A stretch of DNA of 53,872 bases, counting the filler, from Jimgerdemannia flammicorona (taxonomy: Eukaryota): the NCBI GenBank assembly GCA_003990765.1. It is 2 parts of 2 records of this genome, joined end to end, with 100 filler letters (N's around TTAATTAATTAA, not from the genome) between each part and the next. Parts side by side here need not be neighbours in the genome. Positions count along the whole stretch, not along the records: positions 1 to 26,893 come from RBNJ01000684.1; positions 26,994 to 53,872 come from RBNJ01000685.1. One strand, given 5' to 3'. Of this stretch, positions 25,632 to 38,613 are shown in pieces. Position 1 is the stretch's first letter; the number at the start of each line of letters is the position of its first letter. The position numbers and the translations under genes are program-made. The notes under the pieces are model-generated. The model had not been told where the DNA came from. It ran no database searches and saw only the letters and a program-made list of their open reading frames with translations.

Positions 25632-26635
25632 CATGGGCAAGATGGGCAAGATGGGCAAGATGGGCAAGACGGGCAAGATGGCAAGATGGCAAGAGGGTGA
25701 CATGGACAAGATGGGCAGATGGCAAGACAGGCAACATGGGCAAAATGGGCAACATGGGCAACACGGGCAAACACGGGCAATATGGGAAATATAGGTAACA
25801 TGGGCAACATGGGCAACATGGGCGGGCAAGACGGGCAAGACGGGCAAGATGGGCAAGATGGCAAGATGACAAGATGGGCAAGATGGGCAAGATGGGCAAG
25901 ATGGGCAAGATGGGCAAGATGGGCAAGACAGGCAAGATGAGCAAGACAGGCAAGACAGGCAAGATGGCAAGATGGGTGACATGGGCAAGATGGGCAGACA
26001 GCAAGACAGGTGATATGGGCAAGACAGGCAAAATGGGCAAAATGGGCAAAATGGGCAATACGGGCAACATGGGCGGGCAACATGGGCAACACAGGCAATA
26101 TGGGCAACACGGGTGGGCAACATGGGCAACACAGGTAACACGGGTGGGCAATACGGGCAACACGGGCAACATGGGCAACATGGGCAACACGGGCAACATG
26201 GGTAACATAGGCAACATGGGCAATATGGGCAACACAGGCAGGCAAGACGGGCAAGATGGGCAAGATAGCAAGATGGGCAACATGGACAAGATGGGCAGAT
26301 GGCAAGACAGGTGACATGGGCAAGATGGGCAAAACAGGCAAAATGGGCAATATGGGCAACACAGGCAACATGGGCAATACAGGCAATATGAGCAACATGG
26401 GTGGGCAAGATGGGCAAGATGGGCAAGATGGGCAAGATGGGCAACACAGGCAACACGGGTAAGATGGGCAAGCCGGGCAACACGGGCAACATGGGCAACA
26501 CAGGCAGGCAATACAGGTAACATGGGCAACACAGGCAACACAGGTGGGCAAGACAGACAAGATGGGTAAGATGGCAAGATTGGCAAGATGATATGGACAA
26601 CATGGGCGGGCAAGATGGGCTAGATGGGCAAGACA
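25632..26635. repeat. 1-kb minisatellite of GGGCAAGAT(G) / GGGCAACA(T/C) 8-10-mers
   Basis: Direct reading; the mixed unit lengths argue against a coding repeat. Confidence 0.95.
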
Positions 26636-26893
26636 GGAGGCACTAATAGGGGTAGGTCAGGTGTACTAGATGCCAAGTACTTGAGGTGGTTGGGGCTCAC
26701 AACCCATATCCACTGAGTGGGGCAGGCTGGGTAGGAGGATCTAGTTACTCGGGCAGTGAGGTCGCAACTCACACCCTAAAGGTGCAAGGCTGGGAGTGGG
26801 TTGAGATTAGGGTAGAATGGGACTATTGATATTGTATGAGGATATGTGCCATGTTATAGATAGTTAATAAATGAGGAAAAATTAAAGCTAAAA

Positions 26894-26993
26894 NNNNNNN
26901 NNNNNNNNNNNNNNNNNNNNNNNNNNNNNNNNNNNNNTTAATTAATTAANNNNNNNNNNNNNNNNNNNNNNNNNNNNNNNNNNNNNNNNNNNN
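26894..26993. other. Artificial 100-bp assembly spacer (N44-TTAATTAATTAA-N44)
   Basis: Symmetric N runs flank a 12-mer that has stop codons in all six frames. Confidence 0.95.
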
Positions 26994-27352
26994 CCCCCCC
27001 TCCCAAGGCTCGCCTTGCCCTTCCCCACAGCAGCACCAGCCCTGTCTCCAGCTGGCCATCCACTCCCCTTCACCTTGTCAGCAAAGCTCGAGGGACCAGC
27101 CTTTTCGCCAACACCACCTGTCGCCAGTCCACCTCGCGAGCCCTCACCACCGTTCGACCCTCCAAAGGCCCCCATCCCCAGGCCATAACCCCTCCCCACT
27201 CGCTGCCAGCCGAAAGCCCCAGCTCCCCCCGACCCAGTACGCCCGTCGGAACTCTTGCTTGAAGACATATTGCTAGTACCTTTACTCCTAGTTGTGTCGA
27301 GAACTGTTGCTTGAAGTTTTGTGTAACGTGAATTGTACAGGAGAAAGGTGTG
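26994..27352 (-). mobile_element. 5' end of a young LINE copy (copy 2), cut off by the gap
   Basis: ORF1 start MSSSKSSDGRTGSGGAGAFGWQ...SFADKVKGSGW at 27268. The 5' UTR matches copies 1 and 3, and CpGs are retained. Confidence 0.9.
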
Positions 27353-28888
27353 TATACTATACTAGATATAGATGTAGCACTTAGTACCTTGCTAAGTTAG
27401 AATGCAATCATATAGTATAAGTGTGATCTAATATATCAAGGGATCATCTAACTACTGAGTCAGTTTATAGTCACATCATATAAGGCTAATCTAACTATAC
27501 TATGACTGCTAAGCTATTTATAGATTTAGATACTATCTGATTAGTCTTTGATGACATCACTATTGATGATATCATCCCTAGCAAAGTCTGAGCAGTTTTC
27601 TGACTTCTGATATTATCAGTTTCAAGGTATTGTTACTTCTTTTTTTTTTTTTTTTTTTTTTTTAACAGACTCAAAGTCTTGCAGATTTTTATTAGAAGAG
27701 AACCTAGACTATATAGGCCAAAACTCTCTCTCACCACCTATCAAACACTGCTCTCCTATTAACCTAAGCTAGCTATTATCTAGTAGCTCAACTATACCAG
27801 GTACAGTAGGGCCTATATTGGTCTGCACCTCATTCTGCACACTATGCTCTCTCTACTACTAGGGGAAACCCAGCTATATGCCAATGACCAAAAGCATACA
27901 CCCAAGAACCTAATGTATATACATATAAGACTATGCCCAAGCTGAATAGAATAGTCTCTATCACCCCAAAGAGAATGATAGATAAAGAAAAACCCTCATC
28001 AAAGTACAACATGGTGGGTAGGGCCTGGTTCTCCCAGTTGAGGTGAGTAAAGAACTTATATGTAAGGTGGGAGGAGACCCCCAATACCCTACTACTCAAG
28101 CTTATAGACCTCAATCACATTACTATATCAGCTCTCAGTTCTAGTTAAGTATAGCTAAGATATCTGAAATGGGTAACCTTGGGCCCCCCAAATCCCCTCT
28201 AACAACCAGAGCCCAATCCACTGAATTGCCAAAAGAAGCCAAGAGTGAAACCTATCACCTAACTATACCACACCAATCAAAAGATCCCACCAAAGCAGCA
28301 CCTGTCCCAGCCCCAATGACCACTCCTAGTCTGGCACTCCACTGGTTCACCATTATCACCCTTCCTTCTATCTGTGACAGCCATCTCCCCTCCCATCCCG
28401 ATAACACCTGAAAAACAGTCACCTATGCCAGAACCATACTCACTGGGAAGCTTGCCAAAGCTAGAGGATCCCACCTAGTGCTCCCAACAAATCAAATCAA
28501 GTCAAATTTGACCTCAATTTGATTCAATTTGAAATATTCAAAGGCCAATTTGATTCAATTCAATTTGAATCAAGGTCCCAATTTGATTTGATCAAATTGA
28601 ATCAAAGGTCCAATTCGATTTGAAGTTTGATTTGAACCTTAATTTTTCAAAATTCAACAACTCAACGAAAACATGCCCAAAATTAATGAATTTTAGCTTG
28701 TTGGATTTGCCATATTCAGACGAATCCAACACAATAAATAATATCAAATTTGGACATGTTTTCGTCAAGTTATTGTATTTTGAAGTTTAGGTAGTACTCT
28801 CAATGAATTGAAATTTGATTTGAATTGAACTCAAACAGATTGAATCAAATCAATTCGATTTGAATCTAAATATAGTAGTAATTCATAC

Positions 28889-29267
28889 ATGCAGTTTAAT
28901 ATACAACAACACTCTCTCAAATCAAATATATCTGATGTACTTTTGATACTACTATTTATGGAGAATACTATGGTAATAGCTTCAGTGTCAGATATAAGTA
29001 TAGCTACAACAAGTATAGTCTCATCACAGGTCTCATTATGGTCTGAGAAAGGAAAAGAACACTCTGACATTTGGAAGGAGTTCACAAAGGAGCATATGGA
29101 AAATAAAAATATTCAAATCAAATATAACCACTATAGAGTATTATATAAAGCTATTGGTAGTTCAACAACAAATTTATAAGCACATTTTAACAAATATTAT
29201 AAGAGTTATCAAGGAGGAGGAGAGATAGAGTTATTTTTTTTGCAAGTATGTTTTTTATATAACTTGT

Positions 29268-29345
<78 letters not shown>

Positions 29346-32300
29346 TAATTTATTATTACTTTATAATATTCAAAAATAGCCAAAATTCTCCATACCATTA
29401 TTTCAAGAAAAGCTTGTTCACTGGATTATCAGTGATAGTTAGTCTTTTATAGTTGTTGAGAATTTGGAGTTGAAAGATATTTTTTTCTCTTTTAAAACTA
29501 GACATTATTATGCCTTCTGCTGGAACTATACAAAATGAAATTAAACTGGCCTTTCAACAGAAGTGTGATATTATCAAAATTATGCTACAGATAAGATCTA
29601 ACATTTTGATATTGAATATTAATTCAAATATTTGAATTAATCTTATTGTATTCAAAAATAGAATATATGAGGTTAAATATCCTTCACTGTTGATATATGG
29701 ATATCTCCAAATATGTATGCATTTCTTGGAATTAATGCACACTGGATCTGTCAGAATTGGCAACTCAACTATATACTAATTGATTTTGTCAAGCTATCAG
29801 GATCTTATTCAGGTGAAAATCTCACTGATATCTTTGAAAGATGTGTTTGAGATTTTGGTATATAGATAAAGGTATGTAGATCATATTTTGAAAAGATCAA
29901 AAAAAAAAAAAAGTTGAGATGGTCAGGATTTTTGAAAAGAGTGAGATTTTTGGGATTTTTTGAAAAAGAGTAGGATTTTTCGAAAAAGGGTAGGATTTTT
30001 GAAAAAGATCAGAATTTTTGAAAAAGATTGAAATTTTAGAAAACTTATATTTCGAATTATTGATCTTTCACTCTAGATATTGGTTATAACAATAGACAAT
30101 GTATCTAATAACAATATGTTTTTTCAAGCAATTGGAATAAAGTTTGATACTAGCCTTTATCAGCCAATACAATATATTCACTGCCTGGCTCATATTATTA
30201 ATCTGGCTGCTCAGGTCTTTTTAGTTTATATGAAGGCTGATGATGATGGAGAACTAATTTCAAAACTCCAGATAAGTATTATCAAGATTCAGTTATCATT
30301 ACAATATTCTGATTGATTTAAAGCATAATATAAAGCTTTTGGAATCAGCAATCCAAAAGAACTTATTCTGGATGTTAAGACTTGGTGGAATTTGACATAT
30401 TTTATAATTGAACAGGCCTTAGAATTATCAGAGATAAGTTTTATATTATATTATATTATATTATATTATAATTTATATTATAATAATTTATTTATTAATA
30501 AATTAATTTTTATTAATAGCCCTTAACCACAACAATTATGGCTAATAAAGATTTGCGAAAATATACCATTGAAGATGATATTTGGCAGATGCTAAAAGAT
30601 ATTATGAAAATTCTAAAAAACTTTCAAAAGGTGACAGATCTTGCAGCTAAGTAGAAATATACAACAATTTATATAGCTATTCCAATTTACAACTATCTGC
30701 TGAATAAGTTGGAGAATGATAAAGATATTTAAATGCCAAAGATGGGAGAGCTGATGGATGAGCCGATAGATATTATTCACCAGGCAATAATAGCAGCTAT
30801 TGATAAGTTGAAGATATATTATTCAATAACAGATGGTCTTTATTATATTAGTACTAGTAAGTAAATATTTCACTATCAATAGCGGCGCATCTTTCTCCGG
30901 TAACATTCAGGTTACACAACCCTTTGGCAACACTTTCAACACAGTTTCTGGAGAAAAGCTACTAGTATCATAGTGACCAACAAGCATCCGGAGGTGCGTA
31001 CTGGGCAGGGTGGCCCTAGAGCGTTTGAATGGCAGCAAGTGGGGAGAGGCCCCGGCTTGGGGGGAAGTATGAGGGGCCTGCTGGTGGGGGGCCGCGGTGG
31101 AAGAGGGAGTGGAGCTGGAGGTCAAGGGTCTGGCAGGGTGAGCTTTGTGGAGAAGGTGAAGGAGGGTTAGCAGGGAGCAGGACTGGAGAGCTGGCTGAGA
31201 GGTGGGAAGGTACCAGTGATGGCTTCTAGGCAGCAACCTCTTGGGGGTGCCTCGCTGGAGGGCCATAGGAGTGGAGCTGGGGGGGTAGCGGCTGGGGCGG
31301 GAACTGCTGATGGGGGTGTGACAGGTGATCTGGAAAAAAATCTAGATGGGACTGCTGATGGTGAGCCGAGCTGTGGGAAGAGCATGAGGCCTGGGGATCT
31401 GGCGGATGGTGTAATGGGACTGGCAGTGGCCCCGTTACTCAAGAAATCGATCTCGGCATTTGCAGTCACGCTGTGCTTCCAGGGCTTAGCAGTGATGGCA
31501 AAAATGGTATTGGGGCTTATCGCTAAGCAGGTGGCGGGAGCAGCTTCGGTGAAGTTTCTGAAGGGACTGGAGGAGGTGGAGGTGGGATTTGAGGAGGTGG
31601 GACCACTGGAGGAGGCGCTGAAGGTTGGGTTAGTAGTTGGGGAGGTATACATTCTGATGGCGAGGTATTTGAAATGGGATCCGAGGGTGGTCCAACTGCT
31701 GGTGAAAGGAGTACCCACGGTGACGGTGATGGAGATGAGGAAGAGGGTGGAGAATGTCATGGCGGAGTATGGAGAGGTGGTGGACATCGGATTCAGGGTC
31801 TGGGAAGGGACCACACTCAGGACTGGGGATGTGGATGTGAGGATTCGGCTGGCTGGAAAAGAGGCTACTGGGAAGATGAGGGACTGGCCTTTGGTGTTGG
31901 TCTGGGGGGCTTTCCTGTACAAGGTGATGTGGGTGAAAGGAAGTGAAGAAGAGGAGGAAGATTTATTGGAAGTGCTGGAGGAGCTGGATGGGGCTGTGGA
32001 ATGGCAAGCTAAGGCCTGGAAGACTTTCGAGGAGTCGACACTCCTGGAAGTGGTGGATGGAAAGAGGATTCGAGTGGACAAGGTATAGTGGGAAAGGGCT
32101 CAGGGGTGGAAGAGGCAGAAGAATTTGCTGGCTAAGCTGGGGGGTGGACAACAGAAGGATGCGAGCATGAAGATGGATGCAAAAGGGGCCGGAGCGAGTG
32201 TCTGGGCTGGTGAGAGGAGTGGGAATGAAGGGGCAGGGTCAGGGCAGGCTAAGGAGGTGCAGATTAGAGACCTATATGCTGATGGCACCTTGGAGATTTG

Positions 32301-35300
32301 GGATGATGGCTGGGAGAACTCCCCCACCCCTTCCCCTCTAATCAGGCAGGGCCCAGCTTCCAGGAACAAGCCTGGGGAGGATGTGATGATGCTGGGAACC
32401 CAGCAGGTGAAATTCAGCATTCCAGAGGTGTTGGATGGAGACCAAGTAGTGGCGGCAGGGGAGGAGGAACTGGTGGATGTCCCGGAGGTGTGGGATGAGG
32501 ACGCGAGTGCAGGAGCGGACACCACGATGCTGGATGGAGAGAGGCCAGCGACCCCTGGTGGGAAGGAGGTGGGGAACCTACTTTGGATGTGCCGAATGAT
32601 GAATAACCTGGCGGCAGAAGAGCTGGGGGAGGTGGACTTGCGTGGGATGGGTGACAAGCACTGGACGAGAATTTTGCAGGGGGAAGGAGTGGCGATAGCG
32701 CTGAAGGCAGAAATTCTTGTGGTATATCTAGAGGAGAAAGGGTATGAGGTGGATAAGGAGAGGGAGGTGGAGCTAGTAGTGGTCGCTGGGGAGAAGGCTG
32801 AGTACTGTTGGAACAGGTGTCATGGGTTGCAGCTTTGGCAGGAGGCTTGCATCGAGTACTGAGAGGAGTTTGAGGAGAAGGCTGATGAGGAGATGAATGA
32901 GCTGTTGGCTGGACTGGAGGCTCAGAGGGCTGAAGAGGAGGAGGTGATAGCTGAACATAATCTGGACATGGTACAGGAGGAGAGGGGTATGGAGCAGTAG
33001 GGATTGATTGAGAACCAACCGTATTTTTATTATGAACAGTACAACCAACATTTTTTCTTTGAATGTGAATGGGCTAAGGAGTGCAGTTAGATGCAGGAAC
33101 ATTTTTCTTTGGTTGAAGGGATTGGAGGCCAATCTCTTCCTCTTGCAGGATGTCAGGTGCAAGGATGATGCTGATAGGATGGAATGGACTAAGGAATGGG
33201 GTGGTATGGCGATTTGGAACAGCAAGGTTGGGATTCTGGTTCAGAAAGGCAGAGGAGAGATAAAGGATGTGAGGAGCTGGGGGGAGAGACTGGTCTGGGG
33301 TGAGTGGATTCGAGCAGGTTGAGAGCCAGTCACAGTTGGCTCCTGTTACTGCCCTGTGGTGCGGGGGGAGTGTGTGGATTGGGTGAAAGGGCTCCTGGAG
33401 AGTGGGATCCTTGCTGAAGCTGGGTTGGATATGCTTGGAGGAGATTTCAATATGGTTCGAGATGTACGGCTGGATAGAACTGATGGAGGATGGGGTGCAG
33501 AGAGCAGGAGTGGAGGGTTAGTGACGTGGGAGAAGGTTGAAAGGCTAGGAGCATTGGTGGATACTGGTAGGGAGCACTGGGGGGACAGGAGAGTATATAT
33601 ACATTGGGCTGGAGGTCTGGGGACAAGGATTGACTGGATTCTGACAGCCAACTGTTGGGGTCATGATGTCTGGAAGGGGATAGAGGTAGAATGGTGTCCG
33701 TGGTCAGATCACTGGGGCCTCTTGGGACAGGGGTGTTTTGGGGGAAGTGGCGATGGGCCTGGATATTGGCACCTGAATTCCTCCTTGTTGGATGATGAGG
33801 TCTGGTGGGAGGAGTGGGCAAAAGACATTCAGCTGAAGGTGGCGAATTGGCAGCAGGAAGGGGCTGCGATTGGGGTTCGGTGGATGAGGATGAAAGAGGT
33901 GGCCAGGATGTATTGGAGCGAGGTTGGCAGAGTGGCTGGGAGGCAGCGAAGGCAGAAAGTGCATTGGGCTTCTACTAGATTGGCTAGGCTCCTGGAGGAG
34001 TAGGCGAGACTGGCTGCAGTGGAGGGAGAAGAGAATTGGAGAATAATGAGGGTGAGGATGGAGGTTGGGGAACTGCAACAGGTGCTGCGGGAAGAGGAAG
34101 AGTCAAGGGTGCAAGGCCTGGTGGTACGGCTTCGTTGGCAGGGGGTGGAGGAAGGGGAAAGGCCTTCCAAGTTTCTCACAAGGACACTTCGAGCGAGAAG
34201 GGTACAGCAGTGGTGGGAAGGGGTACTTGACTCAGATGATGTACTAGTGCATGGTGTACAGGACATCCTTGGAATGCTGAAGGCGTGATGGAGTGGATTG
34301 TGGAGTGAGGAGGAGGGTGGGGCGGATGCTACAGCCATTGACCAATCATTAGAAGATTGGCACCCACCACGAGCTGAGGGACTAGGTGACCTGGTGGTGC
34401 CTGTAAAGGAGGACGAGATCCACCAGGTTCTTGCCGCGATAGCCTCGGGCATGGCGCCTGGGGAGGATGGCCTCCCCTGGGATTTCTGGAAGCGAATGGT
34501 TGGAGTTCCGGGCATATTGGGGGAGCTGACAGCACTGTGTAACTCTATATTGCAGTCAGGGAGATGGGTGGGAGAGCAAGACCTTGGGCTGGTGACGCTG
34601 CTTTATAAGAACAAGGGAAGGTGAGAGAATTGGAAGAACTGGCAGCCGATAATGTTGCTAGATATGGACAGGAAGTTGGTGACTAAGGTGGTGGTCGCAA
34701 GGCTACAGAAGGTGGCCCAGCAAATTGTGGGTGTTGAACAGAGGGGCTTCACAGGGGGTTGGCTCATTAGAGATGGCACAGCCTGGGTACATGGAGTTAT
34801 TGAAGGTGCTCGAGCCTGTGGACTGGATGGGCATCTTGTCTTCTTAGATCAGGAGAAGGCTTATGACTGGGTGCAGTGAGTCTGGCTGGCGAAAGTATTA
34901 GATAGAATTGGAGTTCCGGCCCCATTTCAGTCAGCGATGATCGGCCTACTGGAAAGGAGTAGGGCTGCGATCGTGTGCAATGGGCATCGAGGGGTGGCTT
35001 TCCCTCTGGGTAGGGGAGTGCCCCAGGGGGACTCACTGTCCCCCATTTTGTATGCTCTTTCATTGGAACCTTTCATGGACAGGATTCGGCGGAGGATCGT
35101 GGGGCTCTCTATCTATGGAGTTGGCTGGAAGGTTGGAGCCTTTGCGGATGACATGGTGGTTGGTTTGGGAGTGACTGCAGATGTCGAGGAGCTCCAGAAG
35201 ACAGTGGAGTGGTATGAGGTGAACTCTGGGGCTAAGCTGAATTGGCACAAGTGCGAAACAATGGTGCTGGGCAATGGCTTGGTGGGCGGAGAAGTTATTG

Positions 35301-36747
35301 GAACAATTGTCCCCACCGGAGAGGCAGTGCAGTACTTGGGCATCTATTTGTCGGTCTTTGGGTCTGTTTTGCCCAGGCTATGGTGGGAGTGGAGGATTGG
35401 AATTTGGGAGGAGGACCTGCAGGATTGGGGGGGTAGACACTTCTCTCTGGCAGGAAGGATCTCGATTTTGAATGTTTACTGGCTGCCGAAGCTGTGGTAT
35501 TTGGCCTATCATCTGGACTTCCCAGCCTGGGTGGTGAAGAGATTGGTGAAGGTGGCCAAAGAATGGATTTGGGCTGGCAGATGGAGTCAGATTGGTTGGG
35601 AGACTCTGTCCCTACTGGTGGCTAGAGGTGGTCTTGGGCTGGTGGACTTCCCCAAGAGACTACACTGCTTGTGGGCTTGGTGGCTGAGGAGGGCGGTGGA
35701 GTTGCATGGAGGGGGCTGGGTCCCCTTGCTGCAGAAGATATGGGAGAGGAGGACATCACCTAGAGGCTTGACTGGTGATCTTCTTTCATTAGTTGGGCTT
35801 CAGAACACTGCGCAACTGAGATATAAAGGCTTCTGGTGGGGTATAGCTGAGGGGGTACACTGCATTGGTATTCACTGGTGAGGGGATGAGGGAGAGAGGG
35901 CCTGGGGCCCGGCAATGTAGAGATGGGATAGCATTCTTCTGGGTGGCATGCCTTTACTAGAGTTCAACATTCGGGATGGCATCGAATGCCAAAGGGGACC
36001 AGGCCAGGATCTGTGGCCTAGTGGTTGGCAAGGAGTTGGAATTGGTGAGGAGTGGGACTGGCATGGGGTTTGGACCTGGAGTGCCGCAGTGAAAAATTGG
36101 ATGCCGCCGAAGTACTGGATAGTCTGGTAGCATGTGCTGAGGAGGAATGTGATGCTTAACTTCCGCTCAGGACACCTTGTTGTCAGGGGCTGCTTTGACT
36201 ACGAGGAGTGCCATAATGTCAGGCAGGAAGGGGGATTGGTACAGATGCCTGAACATTGGCTAGGGGAGTGTGAGGTGTTGGAAGACTTTTGGCAGGTCAT
36301 TGGGGACCGCTTGGGGGTAAGGCATAGGGGTGATAATGTACGGGGGAGGTGGGAGGATCTGAGGGATCAATTGATAGGAGGGGTAGGAGAGGAGTGGATT
36401 ATGCTAGGCTGGGCATTGGCTATTTGGGTTGGGCTGGCCAGCCACTGACTATTTGTATTTGAGGAGGGGGAGCGACAGAGCTTGGGGAGCTGGTTAGCAA
36501 GATGGCAGTTCCTTATGGAGGATACCTTGACAGGCTGGTGGCATGGTTGGGGGCTGCAGGGGGGTCGGAGGCACCGCTTGGTGGTGAAAATCTGTGGTCA
36601 GAGTGGTGGGAGAGTTGGAGTTGTTAGTGAGAGAGTGGTCTTTATATATGAAGAGGTGGGGTGGGGCCCCCTGATGGGGATCAGTTAGTGAGTGGGGATA
36701 TTGTATACTTATTCATAGACTGGTAATAAAGATGGAGTCCAAGGGAC

Positions 36748-36787
<40 letters not shown>

Positions 36788-37522
36788 GTAAATATTTCGA
36801 TAAATCGATTTTGAAATTTGCTTGGTGCTAAGATAGTTTCAAAATTCGATCAGTTGGTTACTACAAATCTATTTTTTGAAATGAAAACCAGTTCTCAATC
36901 CCAGGATTAAACTAGGATATTATTCATCCCATGATTGGGAAGATATTTGGATTCAAGAGGCTGAAAACACACTTCATACAGTTTATAATAAAAACTATGC
37001 CTCTCCATCTAGATCAGTTTATCGCATAATTTCCAATATTGATATCAATGTCAATATCAGCATTGATATCAATACCGATGTCAATGCTACAATTGAAGAT
37101 GATAATGACATCCTTGCTGAACTAAATAAATATATATTCTATGGCAATAAAAGACAAAAACTGACAACAAATCCTAAGCAGAAGATAGATACTTATTTAA
37201 AAAGTAAAATTGTTAAATTTCAATTAGGAGTTGATACATTATCATGGTGGCAAGTGAGTTAGGCCTTCATATTTGAATTTGATCTATATATTTCTAAAGT
37301 CTTTTTCTAATTAATTCAATTTATTGGAAACATTAGAGCCATAGCAGAGATTTCCAAAATCTAGCAAAAATAGCACATGACTATTTAGCTATCCCAGTAA
37401 TAAGTGCTCTGATTAAGCAGGTTTTTTCAAATAGTACAGATCTTGTAACACCCAAAAGAGGTGCTTTAGACCCTGAAATGATCTGTAAATATATATGTTT
37501 AAAGACATGGCAATCAGTCTAG
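28889..37522 (+). pseudogene. hAT-2 transposase, multi-intron, degenerate, LINE inserted in an intron
   Basis: SDIWKEF (BED), SFTVDIWISPN..AFLGINAHWI, ITIDNVSNN, HCLAHIINLAAQ, ELILDVKTWWN, LNPRIKL, DYLAIPV.SA.IKQVFS. Confidence 0.88.
30872..36783 (+). mobile_element. L1/Tx1-like LINE copy 3, full length (ORF1 ~30973-33000, ORF2 33032-36688)
   Basis: 15-bp TSD GTAAGTAAATATTTC (30857-30871, 36784-36798) and A33 tail. APE/RT motifs include LDQEKAYD, QGDSLSPILY, FADD, SGAKLNWHK and YLG. Scattered stops. Confidence 0.95.
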
Positions 37523-37604
37523 TATTCTGATCTCGAAATATAGTTTCTCAAAATACCAAATATATATACATACCTGATCATTATATTGGAATTCTGAACA
37601 ATGA

Positions 37605-37935
37605 AGTGTCTATATTCCAAGCTCTTGGCTTGCTTATCTGCATCATATTGATTCACTGCATCACTGTCGAAGCTATCTGTTTATACTATTGGCACTACCA
37701 AAGCTTCCTAGTATCACCACTTCGAAACTCTCCTGCTCTGTGCCATATTGGCTCCATTGAAGCTATCTGTCTGCCAAAGCTTCCTGATGGCATCACTGCC
37801 TTGAAGCTCTCCATATTGCCTCACTGTATTACTACTATATTCGAAGCTCTTAGCATCATAGCTATATTTGAAGTTCTCAGCTTGACTGTATCACTACTAT
37901 ATTTGAAGCTCTTGGCATCATACTATATTTGAATC
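37605..37935. repeat. Imperfect tandem repeat (GAAGCT..CATCACT units) inside hAT-2
   Basis: About 9 recurrences of (G/A)AAGCT followed by (C)ATCACT-like motifs. Confidence 0.65.
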
Positions 37936-38019
37936 TAAGCATCAGATAAAAAACATATAAATAGGCTGTCTAAGCTGCACTTCTGTCTGCATTTCAAGCT
38001 AAAAAAAAAAAAAAAAAAA

Positions 38020-38613
38020 ATGACTGACAAATTTCAAAATTACCTTCACCATTTATCCCTATAAGTTTATCTTGAAGACTTGTCTAAGCACTTCAAGAAA
38101 ATGAACAAGACCATCAGTAAAGTTTTCAAATGGCTAAATGATGACAATGATGACAAGACTGATAAAAACTATAAGAAAAATAAGAAGAAAATAGAGAAAG
38201 CACTTGAGAGATTTATCTCAGCCAGCCATACCCTTGCTGACCCTCAAGTCCAAGCCCCTGCCAGCCCTCAAGCCCAAGCCCCTGTCAGCCCTCAAGCCCC
38301 AGCCCCAGCCTCTCAAGCCCCAGCCCCAGCCCCTCAAGCCCTGGCCCCTCAAGCCCTGACTCCTCAAGTCCTGGCCCCTCAAGCCCCAGTTCCTCAAGCC
38401 CCAGTTCCTCAAGCCCCAGCCCTGAAGCTAAGAAGAGGACAACATATTACAAGTTGCCGTAATTGCAGAGTGTATAGTAAAACATGCCATACCATTCCCA
38501 GGATTTGTCAATATCTTGATCCAACCATCTCTGATATTTCTTTAGGCAAAAGACTATATAATAATATATGTCAAATAGCAGCTGCTATAGCCAGGTATGC
38601 TGGGAATACTTGA
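38020..38613 (+). pseudogene. Possible hAT-2 cargo ORF with PQAPA repeats and a Cys cluster
   Basis: ATG 38020 is in frame with ORF 38080-38613 (one TAA between them). TATAAATA at ~37956. C-terminal CRNCRVYSKTCHTIPRIC. Confidence 0.35.

Noticed and set aside
25526..26613. Three overlapping 330-345-aa ORFs (CPSCPS / LPILPI / AHLAHL)
   Set aside because: Artefacts of a stop-free minisatellite with mixed 8-10-nt units; not a metallothionein or other real protein.
29240..29452. Poly-Phe and poly-Lys ORFs (also 19785-20258, 51477-51767)
   Set aside because: Translations of homopolymer tracts (intronic poly-T, LINE A tail).
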